In this document: piece after piece, positions 25,379 to 37,552 of the stretch | How positions within the stretch are numbered: position 1 is the first letter of the stretch | How the letters are laid out: each line of letters opens with the position of its first letter | NCBI GenBank assembly: GCA_051313645.2 | Contig: JBNRSN020000005.1 | Span: forward strand, 310,806,001-310,870,000 | Reading direction: 5' to 3' | Origin: Centroscyllium fabricii | Lineage: Eukaryota | DNA length: 64,000 bases | Notes under the pieces: model-generated | What the model saw: only the letters and a program-made list of their open reading frames with translations | What the model was told of the DNA's origin: nothing | The model's database searches: none | Program-made: the position numbers and the translations under genes

Positions 25379-26399
25379 AATATTGATTTTCGAGACAAAC
25401 CAGAAAGGTTATGCCTACAATGTTTGTGTAATTTTTCAGATCAAGGAACGCAAACATAGGTGTCATTCACGTGTAACTGTTGTTCCCCCTTCTTTTTCTT
25501 GGCTATGTCTTGACATGATCTTGCCAATGTTAGAAAAGGGGCTGATCATCTTCTGCATCTTTCAACAAATGAGGGCATTCTTTTACATCTTTGGGCAGCC
25601 TGGAGCAGCTCATGGAGAATGGGCAGCCGTGCATTTCTGACAGCACTGCAGGCCTGTGTGACGGATTTACACAAATGCAAAGTACCATGGAGCCAAGATT
25701 GAATGTTATTGGTACTTGCTGCCTTGCTAGATGTTCCAGTTCATGCAGATTTGGTCCTGCCATTCAGCAGTTTGAACAGAACAGGACAAGCGCATCTTGC
25801 AGGATCACCAAAAAGTAGTGCAAGCACACGGCTTAGAGCGTATTTTTCATACATATAGCACGAAATAAATGCAACACATACAATTTGTCTTGGTCAAATA
25901 AGTGGGTTTTAAGAAGGACCTTGAAGGAGAAGAGGGAGGTGGAGATGTTGAAAGTTTTAGGGAGTATTGGACCTCGGCAGCTGAACAATTTGACGTGTAG
26001 GGACATAAGGTTTCCATCTGTAATACACCCAGGAAGCCTGATAGATGATTAAAGTTCATAGTTATGGGGAAGAGTCACCTCAGTCCTTAAAGTTGTCTTA
26101 AGTGAGCTCTCAGCAGATTTGTTATAGCTTGGTCACTGTCTCTGTGCTTAAATAAAGGCTGTGAAGAAAGATGATCTCTGATATACTCAGATAGCAATGA
26201 CATTGTGTGTTGAAATGGATCTTGGGTATGGATAGATGAGTGAGCATACTGCCTGAGAAAGTGATGATGGGCCTGCTACTTGAACCGCTGCAGTCCATGT
26301 GGTGAAAATGTTCTTTGTAGTGATTTGATACAACTTGAGTGGCTTACATCAAAGGGCAGATAAGAGTCAAGTTTGTTGGTGTGGTAAAATGTAGTGCCA

Positions 26400-26782
26400 T
26401 CATGAAGGAGATGATCGTGGACTTCCGGAAGTGGGGAGGAACACACACCCCAATCACTATCGATGGGACTGCAGTAGAGAGGGTCAGCAGCTTCAAGTTC
26501 CTCGGCGTACACATCACCGAAGACCTCACATGGACAGAACATATCGGAAATGTGGTAAAGAAAGCTCAACAACGCCTCTTCAACCTCCGTCGTCTGAGAA
26601 AGTTCGGCATGAGCCCCCGCATCCTTAGGTGGTTTTATAGCAGCACCATGGGAAGTATCCTGATTGGCTGCATCACCGCCTGGTACGGGAGCTGCACTGC
26701 CCTCAACTGCAAAGCATTGCAGAGGGTGGTGCGGACGGCCCAGCACATCACTGGAGTTGAGCTTCCCTCCCTCCAGGACATT
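26400..26782 (+). mobile_element. Rex1/Babar-like LINE RT C-terminal fragment
   Basis: KEMIVDFRK...VERVSSFKFLGVHITEDLTW...KKAQQRLFNLRRL. Confidence 0.8.
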
Positions 26783-26825
26783 CAGGCGGGAAAGGGATTA
26801 AATCCTTTTAACTGCCTGTTAACAG

Positions 26826-27182
26826 TGATGCACTATCAATAACTCCAAAAAGGCTAGAAGTTATGCAAGTAATAGATAGACTTTTATTCGCTAAAGAACA
26901 GGAGCATAGCTCTGCTGATCGACTGATCCAGGACTGAGGGGGGGTTGGGAGACAGTCACCTTTATACCTGGGTCTGGGAGAGGAGCCACAGGCGGAGTCA
27001 GCAGGGGCATGCCCAGACAGGTTACATGCAACAGGTAGAGTGAACTATAATACAATACAGAGTGAACTATAATACAATACAGAGTGAACTATAACACAAT
27101 ACAGAGTGAACTATAACACAATACAGAGTGAACTATAACACAATACAGAGTGAACTATAATACAATACAGTGGTTTACCACA
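26826..27182 (-). mobile_element. Solo LTR with an internal 6 x 22-bp tandem repeat (27037-27168)
   Basis: Minus strand TGTGGTAAACCA...GCATCA, TATA and AATAAA; TSD AACAG/AACAT with one mismatch; repeat unit AGAGTGAACTATAAYACAATAC. Confidence 0.8.
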
Positions 27183-27456
27183 AACATGTAGTTAACAGGC
27201 AGAAAAAAGGATTAGTCCCTTTTTACCTTTTCACGTGAAGGCTTCCCGACCTCGGAGAACCCCACCGGGTTGGTGGAGTCAAGTCGGAGGTCTGCGGGGG
27301 TCGGAGGGGGCTGAAAGTGCGATGTAGAGGTGATTGATGGTTTCAAGTGTGGAGTGGTAAGTATGTGAGGTGAGGGTTAAGTGTTAGAAAATGTTCACTA
27401 ACCTTTGTTCCTACCTGCAGCCTTCAGTTGCAGTGGTTCTGGAGTCCCAACATCTT

Positions 27457-28675
27457 ACATAGAAACATTGAAGTTAGGAGCAGGAGTAGGCCATTCGGCC
27501 CCTCGAGCCCGCTCCGCCATTCAATGAGATCATGGCTGATCATCCAAACTCAGTACCCTGTCCTTGCCTTCTCCACATATCCCTTGATCCCTCTCGCCTT
27601 AAGAAATACATCCAGCTCCTTCTTGAATATATTCAATGAACTAGCCTCCACCGCCCTCTGTGGTAGAGAATTCCACAGGCTCACCACTCTCTGGGTGAAG
27701 AAATTCCTCCTCATCTCTGTCCTAAATGAGTTACCCCTTATCCTTAGACTATGACCCCTGGTTCTGGACTCTCCGACCATCGGGAACGTTCTTCCTGCAT
27801 CAATTTTGTCCAGACCAGTTAGAATTTTATACGTTTCGATGAGATCCCCTCTCAATCTTCTAAACTCCAGAGAGTACAAACCCAGTCTACCTAGTCACTC
27901 CTCATACGTCAATCCTGCCATCCCAGGTATCAGCCTGGTGAATCTCCTCTGCACTTCCTCCATGGCAAGAACGTCCTTCCTTAAATAAGGAGACCAAAAC
28001 TGCACACAGTACTCAAGGTGTGGTCTCACCAAGGCCCTGTACAACTGCAGCAAGACCTCCCTGTTCCTGTACTCGAACCCTTTTGCTATGAAGGCCAACA
28101 TACCATTTGCCTTCTTAACCGCCTGCTGCACATGCATGCTCACCTTCAGTGACTGGTGCACCCGGACACCCAGGTCTCGTTGTACTTCCCCTTCTCCCAA
28201 TCTATTGCTATTCAGATAATAGTCGGCATTTCTGTTTTTTCCCCCAAAGTGGATAACCTCGCATTTGTCCACATTATACTGCATCTGCCATGTCTCAGCC
28301 CACTCGCCCAACCTGTCCAAATCATCCTGGAGCTTCCTGGTATCCTTCTCGCAGCACACACGCCCTCCCAGCTTTGTGTCATCTGCAAACTTGGAGACAT
28401 TATATTTAGTTCCCTTTTCTAAATCATTAATGTATATTGTGAATAGCTGGGGTCCCAGGACCGATCCCTGCGGTACCCCACTAGTCACTGCCTGCCACTC
28501 GGGAAAAGACCCATTTACTCCCACTCTCTGCTTCCTGTCCGCCAACCAATTCTCAATCTAAGTCAGTACCTTGCCCCCAATCCCATGTGCCCTAACTTTA
28601 TATGCTAATCTCTTGTGCGGGACCTTGTCGAACGCCTTCTGAAAGTCCAAGTACACCACATCTACTGGTTGTCCC
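27457..28675 (-). mobile_element. 5'-truncated CR1 LINE
   Basis: [37 protein letters not shown]; CR1 3' tail. Confidence 0.95.
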
Positions 28676-28952
28676 TGATCTTCATTGTAGATTTCACAGA
28701 CTGGTTGTTGGTTCCTCCGAACCAACAGTCACCTGCTTTCTACAAAGTAGAAAGGTTTGATGAGTCAAGAACACAAGGCCTCATCAAACTACACAGAATG
28801 TCAGTGTTTGATAGCTTCACAGAGCTGTCAAACGCTGACATTTCTTCTTTCAAGAAGTCATAACAGATGACACGTCGGACGTTGATGTGCTCTGTCAGTG
28901 ACTTCCCCCGAATTGACCTGCTGAGCTCACAGGGCAGGCTTAACAAAGTCAA

Positions 28953-29801
28953 TCAGGGGAAAATCCTATTGCAGCTTACCTGAGGTCTGTCGGAGCTTTC
29001 ACAGGCTGCGCTGTTGTACCTGGAGTTGGGCGCTGCTGGTGCTGATCTGCAGGCCTTTGCATAGTGTCCCTTCTTGGAGCACCTCTCACAGGTCGCGGTC
29101 CTTGCTGGGCATCTCGCTCGCGGGTGCAGTCCCTGGCCGCAGAAATAGCACAGTTTATCCTTTGCGGCTGTCGCAGCCATCGTGGGGGTCTCGACCCGTT
29201 GTGGTGCTGCCCAGGCCTGGGCCCGTTGTGGCGCGGCCCACATGTCGTAGGCCTGCGGGTTTGTGCTGCTGTACGCCTGCAGTTTATTTTGTGCTCCTTC
29301 AACGGAGTTAGCTATGGCGATCGCCTCTTCAAGAGTCAAAGAGTCTTTTTCGAGCAGCCGCTGGCGGGCTTCCACGCACCTCAGGCCAGTTACATACGCG
29401 TCTCGGACGAGGAGGTTCGCCACCTCTTCTGCTGTCCGGGCTTGGCAGCCACAGACCCGTACCAGGGCCTGGAGCGCTTGCTCAAACTGTTCATTGGTCT
29501 CACCTGGCAGTTGTGGTCTGGTCGCGAGCACATGTCTGGCGTAGACCGAGTGGACCGGGCGCTCGTAGCATTTCCTCAGCTTTTCCACTGCCCCTGGGTA
29601 GGTTTTGGCGTCTCGGATGAGGGAGAATACTCGGCTGGAGATCCTAGACCGGAGAACCTGTAACTTGTTCCCGTCGGTTGTAGCCTTGGCGGCGTCCATG
29701 TAGGCCTCCAGGAGACCGAACCAGTGTTCGAACGTGGTGGCGGCGGCTGGGTCCTGTGGACTAATATCCAGCTTTTCTGGCTTTACTGCACCGCTCTCCA
29801 T
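28953..29801 (-). CDS. Gypsy gag of a truncated element (5' LTR + gag only)
   Basis: 282-aa ORF with two CCHC knuckles; similarity to element 1 ends after QVSC (about 28970); no pol or 3' LTR seen. Confidence 0.85.
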   Translation of the reverse strand: MESGAVKPEKLDISPQDPAAATTFEHWFGLLEAYMDAAKATTDGNKLQVLRSRISSRVFSLIRDAKTYPGAVEKLRKCYERPVHSVYARHVLATRPQLPGETNEQFEQALQALVRVCGCQARTAEEVANLLVRDAYVTGLRCVEARQRLLEKDSLTLEEAIAIANSVEGAQNKLQAYSSTNPQAYDMWAAPQRAQAWAAPQRVETPTMAATAAKDKLCYFCGQGLHPRARCPARTATCERCSKKGHYAKACRSAPAAPNSRYNSAACESSDRPQVSCNRIFP

Positions 29802-29826
29802 TTCGAAATTTCTAAGTTATTAAAAT

Positions 29827-30101
29827 TGACGTATCGTCAATATCTCTTAATAAAAGACTGGACGAGTAGTTACCGTAACTATAGGCTTTTAATAACTTAC
29901 TTTGGAGCTACCCTCCGAACGAACATCAGAACAGAATGAGGGAGCCTCGGTCAGTCCTCACCTATAAAGGCCTCACCTGGGGGAGGAGTTAGAGGTGTGG
30001 CTGACCTGGCTCCACGACAGTATTACAGGCTGTGTATCACACACAGCCAATTGTTGGCAACAATAATACAGTGGTAAATATGTACAATATGGGTTACCAC
30101 A
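29827..30101 (-). mobile_element. 5' LTR of Gypsy element 2
   Basis: Minus strand TGTGGTAACC...ACGTCA with ATTAAA signal. Confidence 0.85.
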
Positions 30102-30679
30102 ATGTCTGCTGGCAGCATGCAGAGCAGGCAGATTATGACTTCAATCAATATGCAATATTGATTTGAGCCTAGTGCTGCCATTTTCAAACTCTACACTCCA
30201 GCCAGCCAATGTCCGATCTTAACCTCGCACAGCTGAACATGACATTAAATGGAATGAAGGACCTCCCCACCAGCACTATTTAAAGGGATCATGCAGTCTG
30301 TACAGGTTAGTTGCTGGATTATTTCTTCTGGGTGCTGGTACAATTATGTGTGTTTTTGGAGCTTTTCTATACTTGGCTAAAGTTTCAGTAGTCTGCAGGG
30401 AATGGTCTGACTGGTGCTAAACTACTTTCCTGCTATTTAAAAGCATGTGCTGAAACAAGTTGATTCCAGACATGGGTGGCCTGCTAGGGCTTCCTCTGGT
30501 AGAAGAAGAGGTAAAATCCTTAAGAGAGAGCGAGGAGTCCATTACAAGACTCCGTACCTTAAAAAACAGGGCATTCTGTCAGCCTTCTGCCCCTCTTCCC
30601 CTGGCAGTCCTTGGGGTCAGCAGGCCCAACAGCAGTGGGAAGGAAAATTGGGTAAGAACTGGGTCCCACCTCCCTGTTA

Positions 30680-31470
30680 CAATAATAACAACAACTTGCA
30701 TTTCTATAATGCCTTTAATGTAGTAAAACGTCCCAAGGCACTTCACAGGAGTGTTAATCAAACATGGTTGACATCGAACCAAATAAGGAGATATTCGGAC
30801 ATAAAAGAGGTCAGTTTTAAGGAGCATCTTAAAGGAGGAAAGGGAGGTAGAGAAGCGGAGAGGTTTAGGAAAGGAATTCCAGAGTTTAGGGCCGAGGCAG
30901 CTGAATGTTCGGCCGACAATGGCGGAGTGATTACATAGAAACATAGAAGATAGGAGTAGGAGTAGGCCATTCGGCCCTTCGAGCCATTCAATGAGATCAT
31001 GGCTGATCATCCAAACCCAGTACCCTGTCCCTGCCTTGTCCCCATATCCCTCGATCCCTATCGAGCCTACACCAACACATATCCCACCCTATCCCCGTAA
31101 CCCCACATATTCAATCCCCCTAACACTAAGAGTCAATTTATCACGGCCAATCAACCTAACCCGCACATCTTTGGACTGTGGGAGGAAACCGGAGCACCCG
31201 GAGGAAACCCACGCAGACACGGGGAGAATGTGCAAACTCCACACAGATAGTACCCGAGGCTGGATTTGAACCCGGGTCTCTAGTGCTGTAAGGCAACAGT
31301 GCTAACCACTATGCCACCGTGACACCCTCTGGTAGAAGAAGAGGTAATTACAATAGTAGATGCGCAAGAGGCCAGAATTGGAGGAGCACAGAGATCTCGG
31401 AGGGTTGTAGGACTGGAGGAGGTTACAGAGATGGGGAGGGGCGAGGTCATGGAGGGATTTCAAAACAAGC
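30680..31470 (-). mobile_element. L2-type LINE 3' end, interrupted by a V-SINE
   Basis: GRTFSCLGPKLWNSFP...SFKMLLKT motif; tail ...GAAATGCAAGTTGTTGTT. Confidence 0.7.
30935..31322 (-). mobile_element. V-SINE with CR1 tail
   Basis: As the other copies. Confidence 0.9.
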
Positions 31471-31763
31471 ATGGATCAGGGTGGGATGGTCTGGACACAG
31501 GCAGGCTACTTTCCTGCAGTAAGGGAGAGGGAGGGCAGTGCAGGTCAGCAGTAGTATGGGCAGGGATGCAGCGGTAGAAGGTGATGGGCTTTCCCACCTG
31601 ATTTCCCTCTGCCATACCGCACAATTATACTGAAGGAAATTCCAACTCTGGGTCTTCTAATTCCATTTATTCTAGGGCCTGCAGAATTGTGAAATTTCGG
31701 CTCCGTTTAAAATCTTGCTGTCAAAATGTTGCCCATTGTAACACTGGGGGTGGAGGAGAGATT

Positions 31764-34441
31764 CAGAGGTTTTATGGATATGTGAAGAGAAAAAGATTGG
31801 TGAAGTCAAGCGTAGGTCCCTTGCAGTCAGAATCAGGGGAATTTATAATGGGGAACAAAGAAATGGCAGACCAATTAAGTACATACTTTGGTTCTGTCTT
31901 CACAAAGGAGGACACAAATAACCTCCCAGCAATGTCGGGAACATAGGGTCTAATGAAAGGGAGGAACTGAAAGAAATCAGTATTTGTAGGGAAATGGTGT
32001 TATTGAAATTGACGGGATTGAAGGCCGATAAATCACCAGGGCCTGATTATCTACATCCTAGGGTACTTAAGGAAGTGGCCCTAGAAATAGTAGATGCATT
32101 GCTGGTCATCTTCCAAAATTCAATAGAGTCTGGAACAGTACCCATGGATTGGAGGGTAGCTAATGTTACCCCACTATTAAAAAAAGGTGGGAGGGAAAAA
32201 AGGGGAATTATAGACCGGTAAGCCTGACATCGGTAGTGGGGAAAATGCCAGAGTCCATTATAAAAGATGTAATAGCAGAGTACTTGGAAAACAGTGAATG
32301 GATCGGACAAAGTCAACATGGATTTAGAAAGTGTAAGTCGTGCTTGACTAGTTGGAATTTTTTGAGGGTGTTACTGGTAAAATAGATAAGGGAGAACCAG
32401 TAGATGTGGTGTATTTGGACTTCCAGAAGGTGTTCGATAAGGTCCCGCATAAGAGATTAGCACGTAAAGTTAAGGCACATGGGATTAGGGGCAAGGTATT
32501 GACTTGGACAGAGAACTGGTTGGCAGACAGAAAGCAAAGAGTTGGAATAAACAGGTCTTTTTCCAAGTGGGCAGGCAGTGACTAGTGGGGTACCGCAGGG
32601 ATCGGTCCTTGGACCCCAACTATTCACAATATATATTAATGATCTAGACAAGGGAACTTGATGTAATATCTCCAAGTTTGCAGATGACACGAAGCTGGGT
32701 GGGCGTGTGTACTGTGAGGAGGATGCCGAGAAACTCCAGTATGATTTGGACAGGTTGGGTGAGTGGGCAGAAGCATGGCAAATGCAATATAACGTGGATA
32801 AATGCGAGGTTTTCCACTTTGGTGTCAAAAACAGGAAGGCAAATTATTATCTGAATGGCAATAGATTGGGAGAACGGGAAGTGCAACGGGACCTAGGTGT
32901 CCTTGTGCACCAGTCACTGAAGGTAACAACAGGCAGTTAAGAAGGCAAATGGTATGGTGGCCTTCGTAGCGAGAGGGTTTGAGTACAGGAACAAGGATGT
33001 CTTGCTGCAGTTGTACAGGGCCTTGGTGAGACCACACCTGGAGTATTGTGTGCAGTTTTGGTCACCTTATCTGAGGAAGGATGTTCTTGCCATGGAGGGA
33101 GCACAGTGAAGATTCACCAGGTTGATACCTGGGATGGCAGGAATGACGTATGAGGAAAGATTGGGTCGATTGGGCTTATATTCTCTGGAGTTCAGAAGAA
33201 TGAGAGGGGATCACATTGAAACTTATAACATTCTAAAAGGGCTAGACAGACTAAATGCAGGAAGGATGTTCTCGATGGTCAGGGAGTCCAGAACCAGGGC
33301 TCACAGTCTAAGGATAAGGGGTAAGCCATTTAGGACAGCGATGAGGCGGAACCTCTTCACCCAGAGAGTGGTGAACCTGTGGAATTTTCTGCCACAGAAG
33401 GCCATAGAGGCCAATTCATTAAATATATTCAAGAAGGAGTTAGATATATTTCTTAAGGCTGAAGGGATCAAGGGATATGGGGAGAAAGCAGGGACAGGTT
33501 ACAGGTTGAGCACCGTTATACCGGCACGGGCGGGGTTAGGCCCGGGCCGGTTTTGCGAAAAAACCGGAAGAATGAAGCTGGCCAGTGCGCATGCGCGCAC
33601 CATTCAAAGTGGTCGTGCACATGCGCATAACATTGCAATCACAAAATTACCTCCCTCTCCTTGCCACAGGATTGACAGGCTGCTTCACCAATCGTAAGCC
33701 TCCTGTTCCCCTCCAGCCACGGGATTGACAGGCCGCTCCACCTATCAAAAACCTCCTATCACCTTAAGCCGCAGGATTGACAGGCCATTTCACCAATCAC
33801 AAACCTCCTCCCACGCGCCCCCCCCCCTCCCGCCACCACCCAATCAAGGCCAGCCAGGTAGGACCTGTCCCCGTTTCAAGCACGGTTGAGGGCGCGCGGT
33901 AAACACCGATCTGAGGCATCTGTTCCTCATCGGACAGGTCGGATAAGGCCTCCTCCTTCTCCTCCTCCTCTCCCAGCGACTCCGGGGCACCGGAGCTCTC
34001 GACCTTCCGAGTCGCTGCTGCCTTCCATGGGGTCGGCGTCTCCTGACGGTGAGTGTGAATGTGCCGGGATCAAAGGCCGCAGTGAGCTCTGCTGCTCTCT
34101 CCCTTGCCTGTCCTCTCCTGTCTGTCTGCTCGCCCCGACTGCCCTGCGCATGTGCAAAATGGCCGCCGCGATCGAGGCTTCGGTGAATGATCTGCGCTTG
34201 CGTTTGCCGGCGCATGCGCAGATCATTCGCCGAAGCCGCAATCGCGGCGGCCATTTTGCGCATGTGCAGGGCAGTCGGGGCGATTTGTGCCGGACGACTG
34301 ACGTTTCCGGCTTTTCGGTTGCCCGATTACCGGTGCTCAACCTGTACTGAGTTTGGATGATCAGCCATGATCTCATTGAATGGCGGAGCAGGCTCGAGGG
34401 GCCGAATGGCCAACTCCTGCTCCTATCTTCTGTTTCTATGA
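31764..34441 (+). mobile_element. CR1 LINE ORF2 remnant with a MITE in its 3' UTR
   Basis: KSPGPDYLHPRVLKE, VDVVYLDFQKVFDKVPH, GLYSLEFRRMRGD; multiple stops; tail resumes at 34345. Confidence 0.95.
33502..34344. mobile_element. Tigger-type MITE inserted in the CR1 3' UTR
   Basis: TA-CAGGTTGAGCACCG...CGGTGCTCAACCTG-TA; internal palindrome about 34135-34280; about 54-bp x3 repeat at 33660-33810. Confidence 0.9.
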
Positions 34442-36314
34442 GCTAAGAGGAAGTTACGAGTCAAAGAAGTTGAGCAGAATTTTTTCACCAAAACAGTAAC
34501 ATACTTGTGGAATAAGTTACCAGGGCAGATCACTGAAGCAGACAGTATACTATGGGCTTAAGAGGCAAGTGGTGCCTCGCTAGAGATGGAGGGATTGAGT
34601 GATATGGTGAGAAGGCAAGTAAAGGGGGTTGATGCATCAAAGAGACCTGAAGAGATTTTCTGTTCCTAAAAAGCTCTATTTCTAATCGCATTACACATCA
34701 GTGTTCTGATCTTGAAAAGTAGCATCTCGATCTGAAAATATCAGAAGGTACAGTTTCTGCTAGAGTTCTCCGATGGTTGGCTCTGAATATTTTGTCTGGG
34801 AGACGGTAGAAATTAATACTTTTAGGTGGCCCCTCCTACATCCAGGTACAAAATGATGCAGACATTTGTTCAGAAATTACACTGATTGCTCAATTAAAAG
34901 ACCAATCTGTCAAATACTATTGTTTTTGTGGATATTATAATATATGTATAATTAAAGCTGTAACAAATAAAGGCCAATAAAAACAAATTGATGAGTTTTT
35001 CTGTCACTTGCTTCGTTGCTTTTGTAAATTAATTTCATTTTAAAACAATGAGGAAATGCATTAATAAATCACATTATTTCTCTTGTTTAGTTATCTTTCT
35101 TTCTGGAGTTTTCACAATAATGTAGCAAATCCTGTTATTTTTTCCTTTAAACAGCCACAATGTAAAAGTGCAACCATTTGACTAAAACATCTTGAGCACA
35201 TCCTGCCCCATATCCCTTGATCCCTTCAGCCTTAAGAAATATATCCAACTCCTTCTTTTTTGTGTGTTCTGATGTTGCATACATTTCAGATTATATATTT
35301 TTGAATCCTCTTGATAGGAAACCAAAGCTCTATCAAGTGCAAGTTACCATATGCTTGTGTACACGTTTTGTACTGAACTTACAAAAGCCATAAAAAGCGA
35401 CCATGAAAACGTGACTCCTTTTTTGTATCCGAACAGCTTTTAATTTGCAGCTTCATTAATATGACTGCAATTAAAGCTCTCGCTCATACTTGTAATATCT
35501 GCTCTTCAGTTATTCTACATTGCCTGTTTTCCGATGCAGTCGTAATGTGCATCACTGACAGTAAATGAAAAATCTAAATAAGGAACCTAACAGGCATATT
35601 CGGTGCATGTTGACTGAGCAGCTCATAGCACAAACGAGCACTATAATATGTATTCATTATTAGCGCAAACAAATACGTTGTAATTGAACACTCCAGAGGA
35701 AATGGGGCGGAGGGGGATGTCAAAGCTCTGATACTGAAGGGGTTTAGATTACCTTTGTAAAATTATTTTCTTTTTGACTCATTGTACAATCTCCATCATT
35801 CATAAGCATTTGCATTGTGGAATCATTCCTGTAAACAAGTTTGTCCAATAATTAAAACAAAATATATTCTTAATTTAATCACAAACTAGTAATGATCATG
35901 TGGTTATTTCAGTGTTAATGTTCAGGAATTGCTCACAAAAAAGCACTTATGTGATTTGAAGCACAATAAGCATACATTTCTTATTGAAATTTGTCTATTT
36001 AAAACACTTCCAACGGGTGTCCTGGGTATCTCTCTGTGGCCTGATTCTATCCTGATTTCAGCAGAGTTCCAGTGTTTGAAGGATCATGTGACATAGTTAG
36101 GTGCTGAGCTCCTGCATTTTGTACTTATAAATATCCAGTATCTAGGAAACACCATCAGTGAATTTTAAGGGTATGCAGGTAGCTCTTCTGGTTGTGGGTC
36201 CTGTTCCACTTTCCATCTGCAGTGCTTCACAAATCAGGGTTGAAAGATGTTGGTATATGTGAAATAGTGCTTGGCAGAACCCAAATCAATTTTAAGAATC
36301 GGCGCATAGTGTTT

Positions 36315-37054
36315 GGGGGATAAATTCGGTGGCTTGCGCCTGCCGTTAGCACTCTAAGAGGGCGCTAATGGGGCGCAAGGCACATAGCGCCTGGGTTGGC
36401 GCCTCCCGCGATATTCAGTGGGGCGCTGATGTGGGCGGTAGCCGGTAACGCCCCACTTAATATTAGACACTGTTCACCGCCGGGGATGACGTCACAAGAG
36501 CGCGCAGCGGCCGTCTCGCACCCAAGGGATTGAAATTGAGTAGCGCCCGCTGACTTTCAGGCGGACGCTGCCCACGACAGCTGCAGCCTGTCGTTACTGC
36601 AGCGGGTGAGCGCTGGTTAAAGGGGAGGGTGCCGGGTGGCCATTTTTGTTGCTGGCTGACGGCCAGCACCTTTCCCCGCTGCCCCCCCACCACCCACGAT
36701 GTCATGCCTCTGCTCACTGAGCCCGGCATTTCCCTCGCGTGCCGGGCTCCTTCGGCATCATGGCATCCCACGGTGGTCCCGCGGGGCTGCGGCCAAAACC
36801 GCACTAGGCCCCTCCCCTTTAATCGGGAGGAAGGCTGCAGTACCGCGGCGCGGCACTCTGTGCTGCGTGCCGCTTTCGCTAGAACTTCGGCTGTAGCGCC
36901 TAAAGAACGAGGTCCGGCGCCTGTAGTAGTGCCCGACCTCCTACTATGGGCACTACAACCGAATATTAGCGGTAACAGCGCCAGCGGCAGGCGCTTAAAG
37001 TAGTGCTGCGTCGAGGTTACCGCTAATAGACGTCCGCGACCGAATTTATCCCCC
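36315..37054. mobile_element. PIF/Harbinger-type MITE
   Basis: TIR GGGGGATAAATTCGGT / ACCGAATTTATCCCCC; 3-bp flanks TTT/TTT; related to 53483-54443. Confidence 0.8.
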
Positions 37055-37552
37055 TTTGTGTTTAGTAAGTATGCTTTCTATGAGTCATTGCTGGGGTACT
37101 TTGTTAATGTGCATCATTTTGACAGAAAATGTATTTTGAGCAACCAGATAGCTGGAAAGCTATCTTGACTAGACCTGAGTTTGAATTCTGGTCTTACCAG
37201 TTGCTCTTTGATCTCCCTGAGAAGGCATCTTTCAGTTCAGCCATCTATGGAAGTTCCCGTACCCCACAGCTCAAGTGTGCCTCTTGTTGAGCCAATTAAG
37301 GAACAGCATTGTTGGCAGCTGAAGAGCGGTTGCTGTGCTGGACAAGCCTATCCTCCAGAGAGAAGCATAACATGGTTTCAGACGGCTAACATGGAGAGAA
37401 TGTGAAAACAAAACTCAGCTAAAAAGAAAATGTTTTAAAAATATCACAAATAACTGGCTACCACATATTCAGGGAATAAGATTACATTTTAGGTAATCTA
37501 GTTTCAGTATCAAAGAATTTGGCAGAATAGTGACACACAAGTGTCACGTATT

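Noticed and set aside
27037-27168. CRISPR-like repeat array
   Set aside because: Contiguous 22-bp units without spacers inside a eukaryotic LTR; a plain minisatellite.
28953-29801. Domesticated stand-alone gag gene
   Set aside because: Still attached to its 5' LTR and very similar to element 1; the stop comes from the truncation junction.
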